A DNA stretch of 64,000 nt, taken from Octopus vulgaris. Its lineage: Eukaryota. This document shows, piece by piece, positions 14,948-29,595 of the stretch (position 1 is the first letter of the stretch; every line of letters begins with the position of its first letter). The notes beneath the pieces are model-generated. The model saw only the letters and a program-made list of their open reading frames with translations, was not told where the DNA came from and ran no database searches. The translations under genes were made by a program, and so were the position numbers. The stretch spans positions 56,916,001 to 56,980,000 of the forward strand of contig OX597826.1 in assembly GCA_951406725.2 (NCBI GenBank), given 5' to 3'.

Positions 14948-15119
14948 TATATGCTATGCGTAATATATATACACATACAATATATATATTGCACAATTAT
15001 ATACATATATAATTTATTTTTCATGTACCTGAAGATATTCTAATATCCTAGCCAAGAAACAGGTAAAGCCCGTTACATATATTTACCTGTCTATCCATGT
15101 ATATATGTATGTATGTATG

Positions 15120-15181
<62 letters not shown>

Positions 15182-15928
15182 TGTATTATGTACATGAGAA
15201 TCGAAGTACGAATTTATGCGACCCATGCGTTTCCCTAGGGAATTAGAGAACTAGGTAAAATGGTTCTGTGAATCGAAACCGCGTCGCTGAGACATTCATA
15301 TCACTGATACACACGTATGCCTTCAATTACAAACTTATGACGGAGCCACTAAGTGACCGCTTGATCCATTAGCAACCTAACCTCTCTCAAATCGCAACAC
15401 ACATTACAAAATTGCAAACATGGGATACATCTGATTACAAAATCCCTGCTCTGCAAAAAAAAAAAAAAAAAAAGATGGCATGAGCATACCTGGAACACCT
15501 TTTGATTAAACATTTGCTCAATCAGGCCCGACCTAGGGCTAAATAACCCATGGATTTTTTTTCAGTTTATCATACAGCCTTTGGCAGGGTTAGGGGGGGA
15601 TTTCAATGATATAACTAATGTGCTAAAGTATATAGATAAAACCTAATTATGTGTCACTATATATTAGTAGCTCACCGCATTTGTCTTTGCATTACATATG
15701 AGATGTATGCGTATGATGCAGGTATACAGGTGAGTTGCAATGTAGAACACGACACAGGTGTGCCTGCAGTAGCGCACACAACATACAGGTTGCACTAATG
15801 CATTATTGAACCAATAAAGAAGTTGGTCAGATGATGTAGAAAAATAATTAAAACGGAATTTAATTTGGAGAAAGTGTATGTACGTACGTCAGCATGGATG
15901 TGTCCGTGTGTGTATACTTACATACATA

Positions 15929-15990
<62 letters not shown>

Positions 15991-16105
15991 CCCCTGCTGC
16001 ACATTTAGAAGATAGTGCCATAAGAGGATGTCATGCATCATTCTGGGAGTGTACATCATTATATGTATTTGTAAGTGCACGTACAGGAATCTATGGACAC
16101 ATACG

Positions 16106-16875
<770 letters not shown>

Positions 16876-18623
16876 CGTACGTAGATAGAGCAAGAAAGAG
16901 GTAGTTATGTGTATAGGTAAAACTGGAAATAGCCACACGAGTTAGCTTGTTAGATCGGAAAATATTTTTGGATTGGAAAGTAATTAGCTTCTACCAAGTC
17001 CCCGGATCTATATCGGCAGTAGTCGGCATTGATCAGAAGACTTTTACGTTCGATTAAACGAAAAGCTCTTCTATCAAGAGCACATACTAACCAACCAACA
17101 CGTAGCAACAATGATTTCGGCGCGCCGTTGTATAACAACGACCAGACTAATTGCAAAGGAACTCATAACGTTAAAATATCGGTTTCGTTCAGGAACAGCA
17201 CAGATAAAACAAGATTTCCATCTCTAATTTCACACACGGCACAGGAAAAAGAGATGGAAATATATGAAGAGGGGGAATAAAGGAAAAGACTGTGGAAGAA
17301 GAAGAGAAAGACATGAGAGAGCAAGAAAGAAAGAAAGAAAGAGCGAGGTGAATGTGTTTGTGTGAGTGTATCTTGCACGTTAATGAAAGCACGATCTTTG
17401 GCGATCGATTCTTGTGTTAAGTGGATGTTGGCTGACAAGACCGAGAATTCTTTGTGACTATAACAATACTAGACTTCCGAATAAACTTTTCCCCTCAACG
17501 AACAGAAACGCATCTTTTGGCGGATCGGAGTTTCCTGCAATAGAATCCAACTTTTCCTCTTGAATTCACGACCTTCTTTTCACGAGATATCGTGCAGAGA
17601 CGTTGGAAATATCAAAATAAATATCAGTTATTTTTATCACTGACATTGATATTTTCATATCAGCTATTTATTATTATCACGTTTAGTTATAAAGCTTGTT
17701 GTGTTTGACGAAAGGAAATTATTATTAGACTACGGCGATTGCCGTAGATTTAAAAAGAGTCAAGCAACCGGTCAGCGAAACTGGCGGCGCGGTTTCGATT
17801 TCTTGTGAAAGCAATTACACTTTACTTAAAAAAACTGCCAGTGAGTGTTTTTGCGAAAGAAATGAATGCATGTCATAACATCACAATTTCCTGTTCTTAT
17901 ACATCGGAAGTTATTGAATCTAATCCAAAAATATCTTTTTGTTGAAAGTGAGTTCGTAGCCAAACTATTTTGTACCGATTTCCACTTCACTGAAGTCTTC
18001 TAGAAATATATAATAGATAAAGGTGTGGACATTACAATCTCCGATACAACCCACGCCATGATCACCAAAAGGGGTTGAATGGGAAGTGATGGTTTATAAC
18101 AGGAGAAGCTAACTCTACGACAAACTGTATTGGCGACCCAGTTTCAAATGATGGTTGGAGCCATATTTCATTTATCGGTCTCAAGAAAAGTCAGTTTCAT
18201 GACGACAACTTATCATTCTTTCAAAATGCACCCAAACTTCGCTTTCAGAAACTTTGTTATTTAATCGTTTATTATTATATTCCTAACATCATCATCATCA
18301 TTACGTCAAATTACTTTTGTATTAATAAACTTACTGTCTCCTACAATACTGACTTAACTGAATAATTTATCAAAACGAAAAGAAAGATAAAAACCTAGAG
18401 GATAATGAATACTCTCAATATACACGCACATGTACGGATGTAGATATATGAATGTGTGAATATATATTACATATTTGTATGCATATGTGTAAGTAGATTT
18501 AGAACATGTATGTCTGTATGTATGTATGTATGTATATATATATATATATATATATATAGACAAACATGTTATAAATGTACTTACACACACATATATAGAC
18601 ACACGTGTCTCTCTTTCTTTCTC

Positions 18624-18674
<51 letters not shown>

Positions 18675-18771
18675 ACACACGTAATGTGTAGTCATATATG
18701 AGTATGTGAATTTATAACGTGTGTATACATACACACATATGTATGTGTGTGTATACATACATACATAAATA

Positions 18772-18811
<40 letters not shown>

Positions 18812-18812
18812 A

Positions 18813-19018
18813 TTCTTTTCTACTCTAGGCACAAGGCCCGAAATTTTGGGGGAAGGGGCCAGTCGATTAGATCGACTCCAGTACGCAACTGGTACTTAAT
18901 TTATCGACCCCGAAAGGCGGAAAGGCAAAGTCGACCTCGGCGGAATTTGAACTCAGAACGTAAAGACAGACGAAATACCGCGAAGCATTTTCGCCCGGCA
19001 TGCTAACGTTTCTGCCAG
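18813..19018 (-). mobile_element. family A' SINE (family A head and core, alternative tail ...CCCCCAAAATTTCGGGCCTTGTGCCTAGAGTAGAAAAG)
   Basis: Matches family A up to GTCGAT...ATCGACT, then carries a different 3' tail. Confidence 0.85.
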
Positions 19019-19640
19019 TATATATATAGATATATATATATTATGAGAAAGAGCGAGAATATGGGCTTTGATAGATAGATAGCTTCACTTTGAAAGTTCG
19101 AGGGTTTGAGTTTAAAAGTTTCTTGGTTTCAGTTTGAGTTTGTGTTAAAAATAGCCGGAGGAGGTCAATTGGAAAGAGATGAGGAGTGGAGGCGGATAAC
19201 GAACCGGAACTCCAAAATGTAAGGAAAGGAGACAATCTGAAATTCAGATCGACCTAAATATAATAATCACAGTTAATTAATTACTACTACATGTAAAAAA
19301 ACAACTGATTTCATCACAAGTCAGTACTAAGTTTTGTACACTTAGTCATAGAGGAAAAAAATAAAGGAAATTAGCGAAAGCTGGGTAACACGTTAACAAC
19401 TTTTAAGAGAGACGATGATGATGATGATGATGGTGGTATATGGGAGTATATATATAATTCGGTTGGTTTATAGTGCAGTTTCCAGAATGGGCGTTGAGTG
19501 AAATTATATACATTACATAAATAGCTGTTTGTATTTTGTATGTAACTAACTACGTATGCATAAGGACATACATACATACATACATACATACACGAGATGA
19601 ATAATAAAAAAAATTTAACAGACGCATATCACTATCTCAC

Positions 19641-19683
<43 letters not shown>

Positions 19684-19796
19684 CATACATACATAGAACG
19701 CGCGCACACGCATTCTTCGTTTACACATATTTAGATAAACATAGGCATATACATGTTTATCTAAATATATGTAAATTGATAGGTATGTGTGTGTGC

Positions 19797-19978
<182 letters not shown>

Positions 19979-21164
19979 GCACATAAGTACGGGTAGTTCA
20001 TCATATGTCTCATTTCTTAGAGCATACATCATACACACACACACACAGAACCGCAACTAGAAAACATGGAACCAAAATTTGACGTTCTTAAAGTGTTCAT
20101 TTTGTTTGTAAATTCAACACGGTTTTCCTGTTACACTTGCTTCAACTGCAGCACTCTTTGAGATATTTACTACACTCACACACAACGAACAAAAATATAT
20201 TTAAAACTATTATATCTATATATATATATATGTGTGTGTGTATGCATGTATATGTAGGGGCAAACGATTGATTTAAATGCTATATGGAAGATAAATATTC
20301 AAGAAATTCCGACAGCGTAGATAGATAGATAGACAGACAGAAAAATATGAGAAGAGAGCGTAAGTGTGTGTGTGTGTGTGTATATATACACACGAAATAA
20401 AATGAGCTACAGTATATACATCGTAGAAAATACAGTGTATACTCGACCATACTAATTAAAGATAATTCAAAGAACGATTATTATGCACGAGCTAGTTTTA
20501 TATCGAGGTGTAAATTGCATGTACACGCACATAGAGTGTGTGTACGTACTCGCATATAAATCCTAAATATACATGCAATATATACATACTGTATATGCGT
20601 ATATACATCTATGTCTGTATATATATACACATATAAATACATCTTTATAAATACCATAATTAGTATACTTTATTAAAGATGTATCAAATATATCCATGTA
20701 TTTATACGCACGTATACATCCATGCATACATGTTCACGCTTTCATTTACACACCTTCGGGTTATTATTTATACACTTACATGCCCTAAGTTTTCAATTAA
20801 CTTTTCTCATGATGCATTTCGGAAACATATTACACATAATACATACACGCAGACATATACACATACACATACACCTTAAAACCATAATAAGCATCGATTT
20901 CGCTGAAGAAATACCCCAAATACCCCTGACGAAATATAACGATAACAACAAAGACAGTAGTAATAATAATAATAGTAACAGTAATAACGATGATAATAAT
21001 AATAATAATAATAACAACAATCACACTCTGCCGGACGTTTAAGAAGCTATCGGTGGACAATAACAAACGCACACACACACATACACACACTACACAAATA
21101 GCTTACATGCGAAGGAATAAAACAGCGGTAACAAATGAAGGTTTTAAAATAATGGTCAACTTAC

Positions 21165-21319
21165 ATTGGGTTGGAAGCATTCCAGTAAAATGGTAAGCGG
21201 TTCCCACTGTCCACCACATCTACCATGGACATTGCAAGTGGTAACAATAAGGATATGTATTGAAAAAACCAAGGCATCCTCTTGTAAATTCGAATAAATG
21301 TCCTTCCAATATCACTCAT
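21165..21319 (-). CDS. Ephrin: ephrin (Eph receptor ligand), first coding exon: signal peptide and start of the ephrin receptor-binding domain
   Basis: Manual translation MSDIGRTFIRIYKRMPWFFQYISLLLPLAMSMVDVVDSGNRLPFYWNASNP + AT|GTAAGT. The hydrophobic signal-like stretch is followed by YWNxSNP, the conserved N-terminal ephrin motif. The phase-2 intron right after NP matches the first intron of vertebrate EFN genes. In-frame upstream TGA. Downstream exons not found in the window; A/B class cannot be assigned. Confidence 0.8.
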
Positions 21320-21341
21320 TCTTATTTTCACCGTTCTTCAT
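21312..21341 (-). promoter_or_regulatory. upstream ORF (MKNGENKNE*) overlapping the ephrin start codon
   Basis: ATG at 21341-21339, 22 nt upstream and out of frame. Its TGA lies in AATGAGTGA, overlapping ephrin codons 1-3. Confidence 0.5.
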
Positions 21342-21441
21342 TGAATAGCCCCAGCAGAAAAAAAATATATATAAAAGATATTTATCAAAGAATCCAGCCA
21401 GAAAAAAAATAGCCCCGAACTTCCTCAAGACTATATATATA

Positions 21442-21478
<37 letters not shown>

Positions 21479-22445
21479 CCCAACACTAAAAACAAACACG
21501 AAGTTTGATATATATATATATATATTTATAAATATATATGTATATATATTCGTGTTCTAAGATATATATAAAGTATATGCTTATGTGTGGGTATGTAGTT
21601 TTAAATCGATGTCGATATCTTATAGATATATGTGTGTGTATATGTGTAAAGTTGATTGTTTGTTAAATGTTTACTTCAGCAAATTCACCAGAGACAGCAA
21701 AATGTTGCTATTTAGATGCTGCTATGGTTGTGATGTTCACAGAAATAAATGATGTCGGTGTGTGTTTGGTTATTGCTGCTGGCTTGGTTGTGTTATACAG
21801 CAACTAATTTCTTCTTTACTTGTTTTTATTTTTCGATGCATTAAATATAAATTCTAGAGAGAAGAGAAAAAACATCTAAGTTTTCGGAAATAAATAATAT
21901 TACAATATATGATAAATTTATAGCTAGTGTTTTGGTGCAGGTCGCCGGGTCACAAAACTTCCGATTCTTCTTTATTTTTCTCTCTCCCTTAAAGAAACCC
22001 ACTGGTTATAAAATAAATATTTCTTATGTATGTGTGAGAGATTTCTGTATACCGTACACATACATAAAACTTCAAATATTTATTATATACACATATTGTT
22101 TCTATTCGATAGTGAAAAATGACCTATCTGTGGGGGAAAGTCTTGTGCTATGCAATGAACAATCATTACAGATCAGTTATCAGTTTTATATACACAAAAC
22201 TAGGAATTATTTCTCTAAAAAATGGGGGATGGGAGAATTAAAAAAAATATTACAGTAATAAAGTTGATGTATTTTAGTTCAACTTCCTGCCAAGTTTTGT
22301 TTGCAAGTGGGTTGACGCAAAATATTTCTATAAAAAAAAAATATCATAAACAATGATCGCTTTGTTTTTATATAAAGTTATTCAAACTATTAGTTGGCTT
22401 AATTGCGCAAGTGTTTGTAAATTCTATGTCAGTATTGTTAATGCA

Positions 22446-22477
<32 letters not shown>

Positions 22478-22899
22478 AGACGTTTTACTTCTTTCTTCAC
22501 ACCGTAGAAAAAAAATAATAAAAACAATAATAGTTAAATCAAAACTTTTTTTTTCTTCTTCTTCTTCTGTTCAGGGAAGCTTTATATATATTCGATGATC
22601 AACCGGGGTATTTTCAACATTCCATCAACCAGCTCAGTTTTATCTTCATTAAAATACTTTTCCAACTCCAGTTTCTCACAGACAAACAAACCGACAGTGG
22701 ATTTTTCACTGAACAAACTGAATGATTTCGTTTGTGAGAGTTTTACATGTTTTCTGTCTTTCTCACATTTATATATATATAGTTATATATATATATATAT
22801 AAATATATATATGTGTGTATATATATAGACACACACACACACACACAAACACGCACTTCGTATATTATTTTAAATGTTTTTTTCCGTGTTCCGTGTGTA

Positions 22900-23124
22900 T
22901 TTGATTTTTTTTTTTTTGTTTTTTTTGTTTTTGTTTCTTAAGATCCGCTTCGTCCTGCCCCTAAGTATTGTTTGTTGTCGATAGGTTCGGTTGGGTCCCT
23001 TTTACTGTTTCCGTCCGTCCCGTCCGTCCGTCTCGGCTACAACCCCTCAAATCGATAGCTCAGCTTATGGAGCACGGCTTTTTGAAATATTATATATTAT
23101 ACTATATCATATATATATATATAC

Positions 23125-23165
<41 letters not shown>

Positions 23166-23720
23166 GTAATAATAACGGTAATAATAAAGGACTGTCTTTC
23201 TCCCCCGACTCTATTCAACGTCTAGTAGATCTTCTCCTCTCTCGCTTCCCCAAACAACTGACTCGCCTTCACACACAGTCGGCCTCACACTTTACTCCTC
23301 CGCCGCTTCTTCCTCCTGCTCCTCCTGATGTTGCTGCTGCTGCGCCTGGCTCCACCAAAAACTACAACTAACCCTCCTACTACAAATATTAATTCCTGCT
23401 ACCGCTACCCTTACTATTGCTGCTGCTGCTGCTGCTGCTGTTACTGCTGCTGCTGTTGCTGTTGACGCTGCTGCTGTTGTTGTTGTTGCTACTGCTGCTG
23501 ATGATGATGCTGATGCTGTTACTGCTGCCGCCACCGCAATAGCCAGGAACCCCTCCGCTATAGTTTCTCTCTCTCTCCACTGACGCAAAACTTGCCAACG
23601 ACTCGCGCGCTCCGTTTACAGGCTCTCGCTCCGACACCGGCGTGCGATAGCAACGACGTTTGGTTTGTAAAAAGGTAGCAGGGATCGATATATATTGTGA
23701 TGTGAATGAGAGAGAGAGAG
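22900..23720 (-). promoter_or_regulatory. putative ephrin promoter / 5' leader (CpG-rich, with CAG-type repeats)
   Basis: Locally GC- and CpG-rich, free of transposable elements, upstream of the ephrin exon. Inr-like TCAGT at 23583-23579 overlaps a CRE-like TTGCGTCA. (GCA)n tract at about 23418-23530. TSS position is inferred. Confidence 0.4.
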
Positions 23721-24532
23721 AGAGAGACGGAGTCGACAGTGGTGATGATGGTGATGGTGATGGTGATGGAGATGGTGGTGGTGATGGTGAACGTGTGTGG
23801 ATGGAGAGTGATGTAACGGTGGATGGATGAATGAATGAATGAACGATAAGAAACAAGAGCGCGTGCGATAAGGAGAGGAAGAGGAGGAGAAGGAGAAGGA
23901 GAGAAAAGAATTTTTTTTTGCGGGGGGTGGTGGGGGAAATAGTTTGCGATGAAGAAAGAAACAAGATGATGACCAGTAGAAAAATAAAAATAAAAATAAA
24001 GGAGAAAAATAAAAAAAATGTGTGTGTACTAAAGAGAAAAAGAGAGAAAAGATGAAAAAGAAACGAGAAAAGTATTTAAGAAATGTTATATAGTTTTCTA
24101 GGGAGAGATGAGAGGAGATGAAAAGAAAAGAAACCAGGTAAGATGGAGCAATGAATGATGTTATGTTACGTTGAGAGGAAAAAGAAGACGGACGGGCGAA
24201 GTGAGATGAGAGAAACGATGTAAGAAAGAAAGAAAAGTTACGATACAAATTAGAGAGACGAGAAGCGTTAGAATAGAAAGAAAAAATAAAGAGGAGAGAT
24301 AACGGAGACGGTTTAATGATGAGGAGACAAAGAGAGGAGACGATAAATGGAGAGATGCAATGGAGAGAGAGAAAGTGAGAGAGAGAGAGAGAGAGGGGGG
24401 GTTATGATGCGAATGAGAGAAAGAAAGAGAAATATTTCAGAGAGGAGGAGGAGGAGAATGATGTCGTTGACACAACTGACAATAATCACATGACGACTAT
24501 AATATACAGACACACTTACTGTCTAGCTCCAT

Positions 24533-25190
24533 CACATACATACATATATACGTATATACATACATGCATGCATACATGCATACATACATACATGCATACA
24601 TACATACGTATATACATGCATGCATACATACATAAACACACACATACACTCATACATGCATACATACACACAAGCACGCATACATACATACACACATACA
24701 CACATACATACATACATACATACATACATACATACATGCACACTCATACATACATACATACATACATACATACATACATACATGCACACTCATACATACA
24801 TACATACATACATACATGCATGTATGCATACATACATACATACATACATACATACACACATACATACACACATACATACATACATACATACATACATACA
24901 TACATACATACATACATACATACATACATACATGCATACATACATACATACATACATGCATACATACATACATACATGCATGTATGCATACATACATACA
25001 TACATACACACTCATATATACATAAATACATACATACATACATACATACATACATACATACATGCATACATACATACATAAATAAATACAAACATACATA
25101 CATACATACATACACACATACATACATACATACATACACACACATACATACACACACACTCATACATACATACATAATATACATACATAC
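24533..25190. repeat. compound (CATA)n/(CA)n microsatellite, about 650 bp
   Basis: Read directly. Explains the 479-aa pseudo-ORF 24490-25929. Confidence 0.95.
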
Positions 25191-25785
25191 AACACTCACT
25201 GTCTCACTCACTCACTCACGCTCCCTCTCTTCCTCTCTTCCTCTCTCTCTCTCTCTCCGGCTTTCCCACATTTTCCAGCCTCACTTTCAGTTACATAAGT
25301 ATCAGCTTTCACTTTTCACCTTATTCTACTTCTATCTAATGGACAATACTCGCTCTGTCTCTTTCTATCTTTTTCCTCCCACTCTCTCGTTCTATCTTAC
25401 TCTCTCTTTTTCTCTCTCTCCTTTCCCACTATTTCTATCCATTGCAACTCACACTTCGCCTCATTTCGTCTCCCCAGTTTTATTTAATAAATATTTCAAT
25501 CATTTCTTCTTTGTCACTTTCTTGTCATTTTTCTCTCTCTCTTTCTTCATTCCCCACACATCTATCTCTCTCTCTCTCTCACTTTCTCTGCCTCTCCCTC
25601 TCTCTCTTTCTCTGCTTCTCTCTCTCTGTTTCTCTCTCTCTCTGCCTCTCCCTCTCTCTCGCTACTTCTCTCTCTCTGCCTCTCGCTCTCTCTCTCTCAC
25701 TCTCTCGCGCCATCTCCGCCTCTCTCGTATGCTTCATTCATTCATTCATTCATTCATTCATTCATGTCATCCATTCCCTCTTCAG

Positions 25786-25828
<43 letters not shown>

Positions 25829-25989
25829 CCATCATCATCATCATCGTCCGCATCTCCTTCTCGGGAGAGGGAGTTTCCTACTCCCACCATCATTCCACCA
25901 CTGACGAGGGATCGAGGCCGCCGATCTGATTAGGACGAACACACATACACAGGCATATATTTACAAACGCACTCACATACACACGCACG

Positions 25990-26023
<34 letters not shown>

Positions 26024-26216
26024 AACACATACATTCATACAAACCAATAAGAGGGGGAGGTGCAGGGGTTATATCGAACCCGGGCACGGGGGAATTTCCT
26101 GAGATCTCAGAAAATACTTGAAGACTCAGAGACCCTGGAAATACACGCATATATACACGGTCAAACACACGGACACAAGTTAGCAGACACTTTACATATA
26201 AATACACACAAACCTG

Positions 26217-26282
<66 letters not shown>

Positions 26283-26329
26283 ACATACACACATCAACGA
26301 TTAAAACAAAACGCTATGGAAAGGAAAAA

Positions 26330-26438
26330 GACGACGACGATGACGATGATGATGACGATGATGATGATAATGATGATGATGATGGTGACGATGACAATTA
26401 TGACCACGGCGACTGCAAAACACCAACGACAACGATGC

Positions 26439-26484
<46 letters not shown>

Positions 26485-26998
26485 TGATGACAGCGATGAT
26501 GATGGTGACGATGATTTTGATGACGACGACCACCACGAGAACGACGACAACGATGCTAAAGGTTACACAACAACACTGAGGATAAGAACAAAGATGACGA
26601 TGGTGATGATGACGATGACGGCGACGACGATGACGATAATGATGATGACGATAATGATGATGATAGTGATGATGACGATGATAATGATGATGGTGGTGAT
26701 GATGATGATGACGATGACGACGACGACGACGACGATGATAATGATGATGATGACAATGACGGCGACGACGACGATGATGATGATGGTGATGATGACGATG
26801 ACGACGACGACGACGACGATGATGATAATGATGATAGTGGTGATGGTGGTGATGATGGTGATGATGGTGATGATGATGATGATGATGATGACAGCAATGA
26901 AAATGACGGTGAGGACGACAACGACAACAACGGCGATACTGTTGATATCAGCAACGACGATGTCGATGACGACGATGATGATGATGATGATGATGATG
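26330..26998. repeat. degenerate (GAT/GAC/GGT/AAT)n trinucleotide array
   Basis: Read directly. Confidence 0.9.
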
Positions 26999-27085
26999 GA
27001 ACCTACTTATTGTACAACACTGTCTACATTATTTCGTAAAGTCTACACTGTCTGCAATATACCAATGGATGTTACAGACATCCAT

Positions 27086-27117
<32 letters not shown>

Positions 27118-27246
27118 CATGCACACACACATATAGGTAGAACTTTCATATTCACACCTAATTCATTCATGCATACATACATACAGGTATTATTTATTAT
27201 ACATTATACTCACAAATTCATACACTCACTCGTACATATCTACTAG

Positions 27247-27289
<43 letters not shown>

Positions 27290-27294
<5 letters not shown>

Positions 27295-27452
27295 CTTTAC
27301 TACCCACAAGGGGCTAAACACAGAGGGGACAAACAAGGACGGACAAAGAATTAAGTCGAATACATCGACCCCCAGTGCGTAACTAGTACTTTATTTATCG
27401 ACCCCGAAAAGATGAAAGGCAAAGTAGACCTCGGCGGAATTTGAACTCAGAG
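27290..27452 (-). mobile_element. family A SINE, 5'-truncated, inside (TA)n
   Basis: Matches the family A 3' two-thirds. Confidence 0.85.
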
Positions 27453-27454
27453 AC

Positions 27455-27509
<55 letters not shown>

Positions 27510-28450
27510 TTCAAAAGCTGTATATAATACACACAGACATATATGTATACGTGGTTGGCGGTGTATTATTTATTTATAATTGATTAATATCAATAATTAA
27601 CATTCTACATTTAGAGAATTCTGGCCAAGCCTAAGTGTACCCCCCACTACCGAGCTAATTTCTTCAACTACCTTACGAGGGTTCGAATCTTTATTGCATC
27701 TGCTACGGAATAATTTTACATAACCTCAGCGGTAGCAGTTCAATCCAGACACACATACACAACAACCAAACCAACGTTTATTTCATATCCTCCGCTCTGT
27801 CTCTTGTTTTGCTCTCACTAGCTCTCATGTATATATATATATATATAAATATATATACATTCATACATGCGTGTTTGTGTATATGTGTGCGTCTGTATGT
27901 ATGTATGTATGTATGTATGTATGTATGTATGTATGTATGTATGTGTAGGTAGGTAGCTATGTGTATATTTATTGATCTTACCTAACGCACACACGTACAC
28001 ACAGAGAGAAATACCAAATGTCAAGATGCGTTCTGAAAGGTTTACGCGTCCAATTTTGCCCATTCATACATGGTGTATGCTCCTGCGTGTGTACACACAG
28101 GTGCACGAGAATACGAATGCTAATATGGGAAATGGGGGAGGAGAGGTAGATTCCTAGTTTATGAATGTAATCTACTAAGGTAAGACGAAGGTAAATAGAG
28201 AAGTGTATGTGTCTTTGTGCGTGTGTGTGTGTGTGTGTACGTGTACATATACAAACACTTGCTAACATACATTTACACATAGTCATACATCCGAGAAAAT
28301 ACACATACGTATTAATACTTATCTATTTATGCGTGTGTGTGTGTGTATGTGTGTTAGTATACACACAAATGCATATATATATACATATATATATACATAC
28401 ATACATACATACACAACTACTAAAGTGCATATACAAGTATGGAAATAAAC

Positions 28451-28492
<42 letters not shown>

Positions 28493-29072
28493 TTACATAT
28501 ATATATGTATATATATATATTATACTTACATACATATATGTGTATATATATATATATACTTACATACATATATGTATATATATATATATACTTACATACA
28601 TATATGTATATATATGCATACTTGTGCATGTAAATATAGGTATATGATAATATACACATATATAATACGCACGCACATATCCAGCTATATATGCGTACAC
28701 ATACATATATCACGTGTATATATGTGTGTGAGAGCGCGCGTGGGCTTGTGTATCTGGACAGATAGACAGATATATATACATACACATATATGAAGTGTAT
28801 GCGTATTGTATATATATATACATACATATTTATATATACACACATACACACATGTGTATGTATATATACCAGCACACATGCATACACACAAACGAATGAA
28901 TATGACCATAAACACATTTATGTATGAATATATTTATAAACAGACAGTTTATATACGCATATATACATGTATTCACATCATAAACACATTTTTCGAATAT
29001 ACATGTATTTTTCGTATATCTCTATCTTCCTCTCTCTCTCTCTCACACACACATTTATACCACAACACATGC

Positions 29073-29192
<120 letters not shown>

Positions 29193-29403
29193 AAGAGAGA
29201 TAGCTAGATTTATATACCTACACATATATACATACACAGACACAGGCACGCAAATACATTCACAGATATAAACACATGCATACATCAATGAATATATACA
29301 TATATTGATAGATTCATAAAGAGTTTATATAAATGTATATATATAAATGTATATCTATGTGTACACACACACATATATACGTATACATATACATATACAT
29401 ATA

Positions 29404-29568
29404 TACGACGGGCTTCTTTCAGTTTCCGTCTGCCAAATCCACTCACAAGACTTTGGTCGGCCCGAGGCTGTAATAGAAGATGCTTGCCCAAGGTGCCACG
29501 CAGTGGGACTGGTCCCAGAACCATGTAGTTGGTAAGCAAGCTACTTACCACACAGCCACTCCTGCGCC
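29404..29568 (-). mobile_element. family B SINE head only
   Basis: Head match ends at the internal microsatellite. Tail absent. Confidence 0.85.
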
Positions 29569-29595
29569 TATATATACATATATATATATATATAT

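Noticed and set aside
23292-23588. Poly-Ala/Gln ORF as an upstream ephrin exon
   Set aside because: Non-ATG start, derived from a (GCA)n repeat, ends in a stop, and the ephrin exon has its own in-frame upstream stop.
24490-25929. Longest ORF in the track (479 aa)
   Set aside because: Made of (CATA)n, (CT)n and (CAT)n tracts. No domain content.
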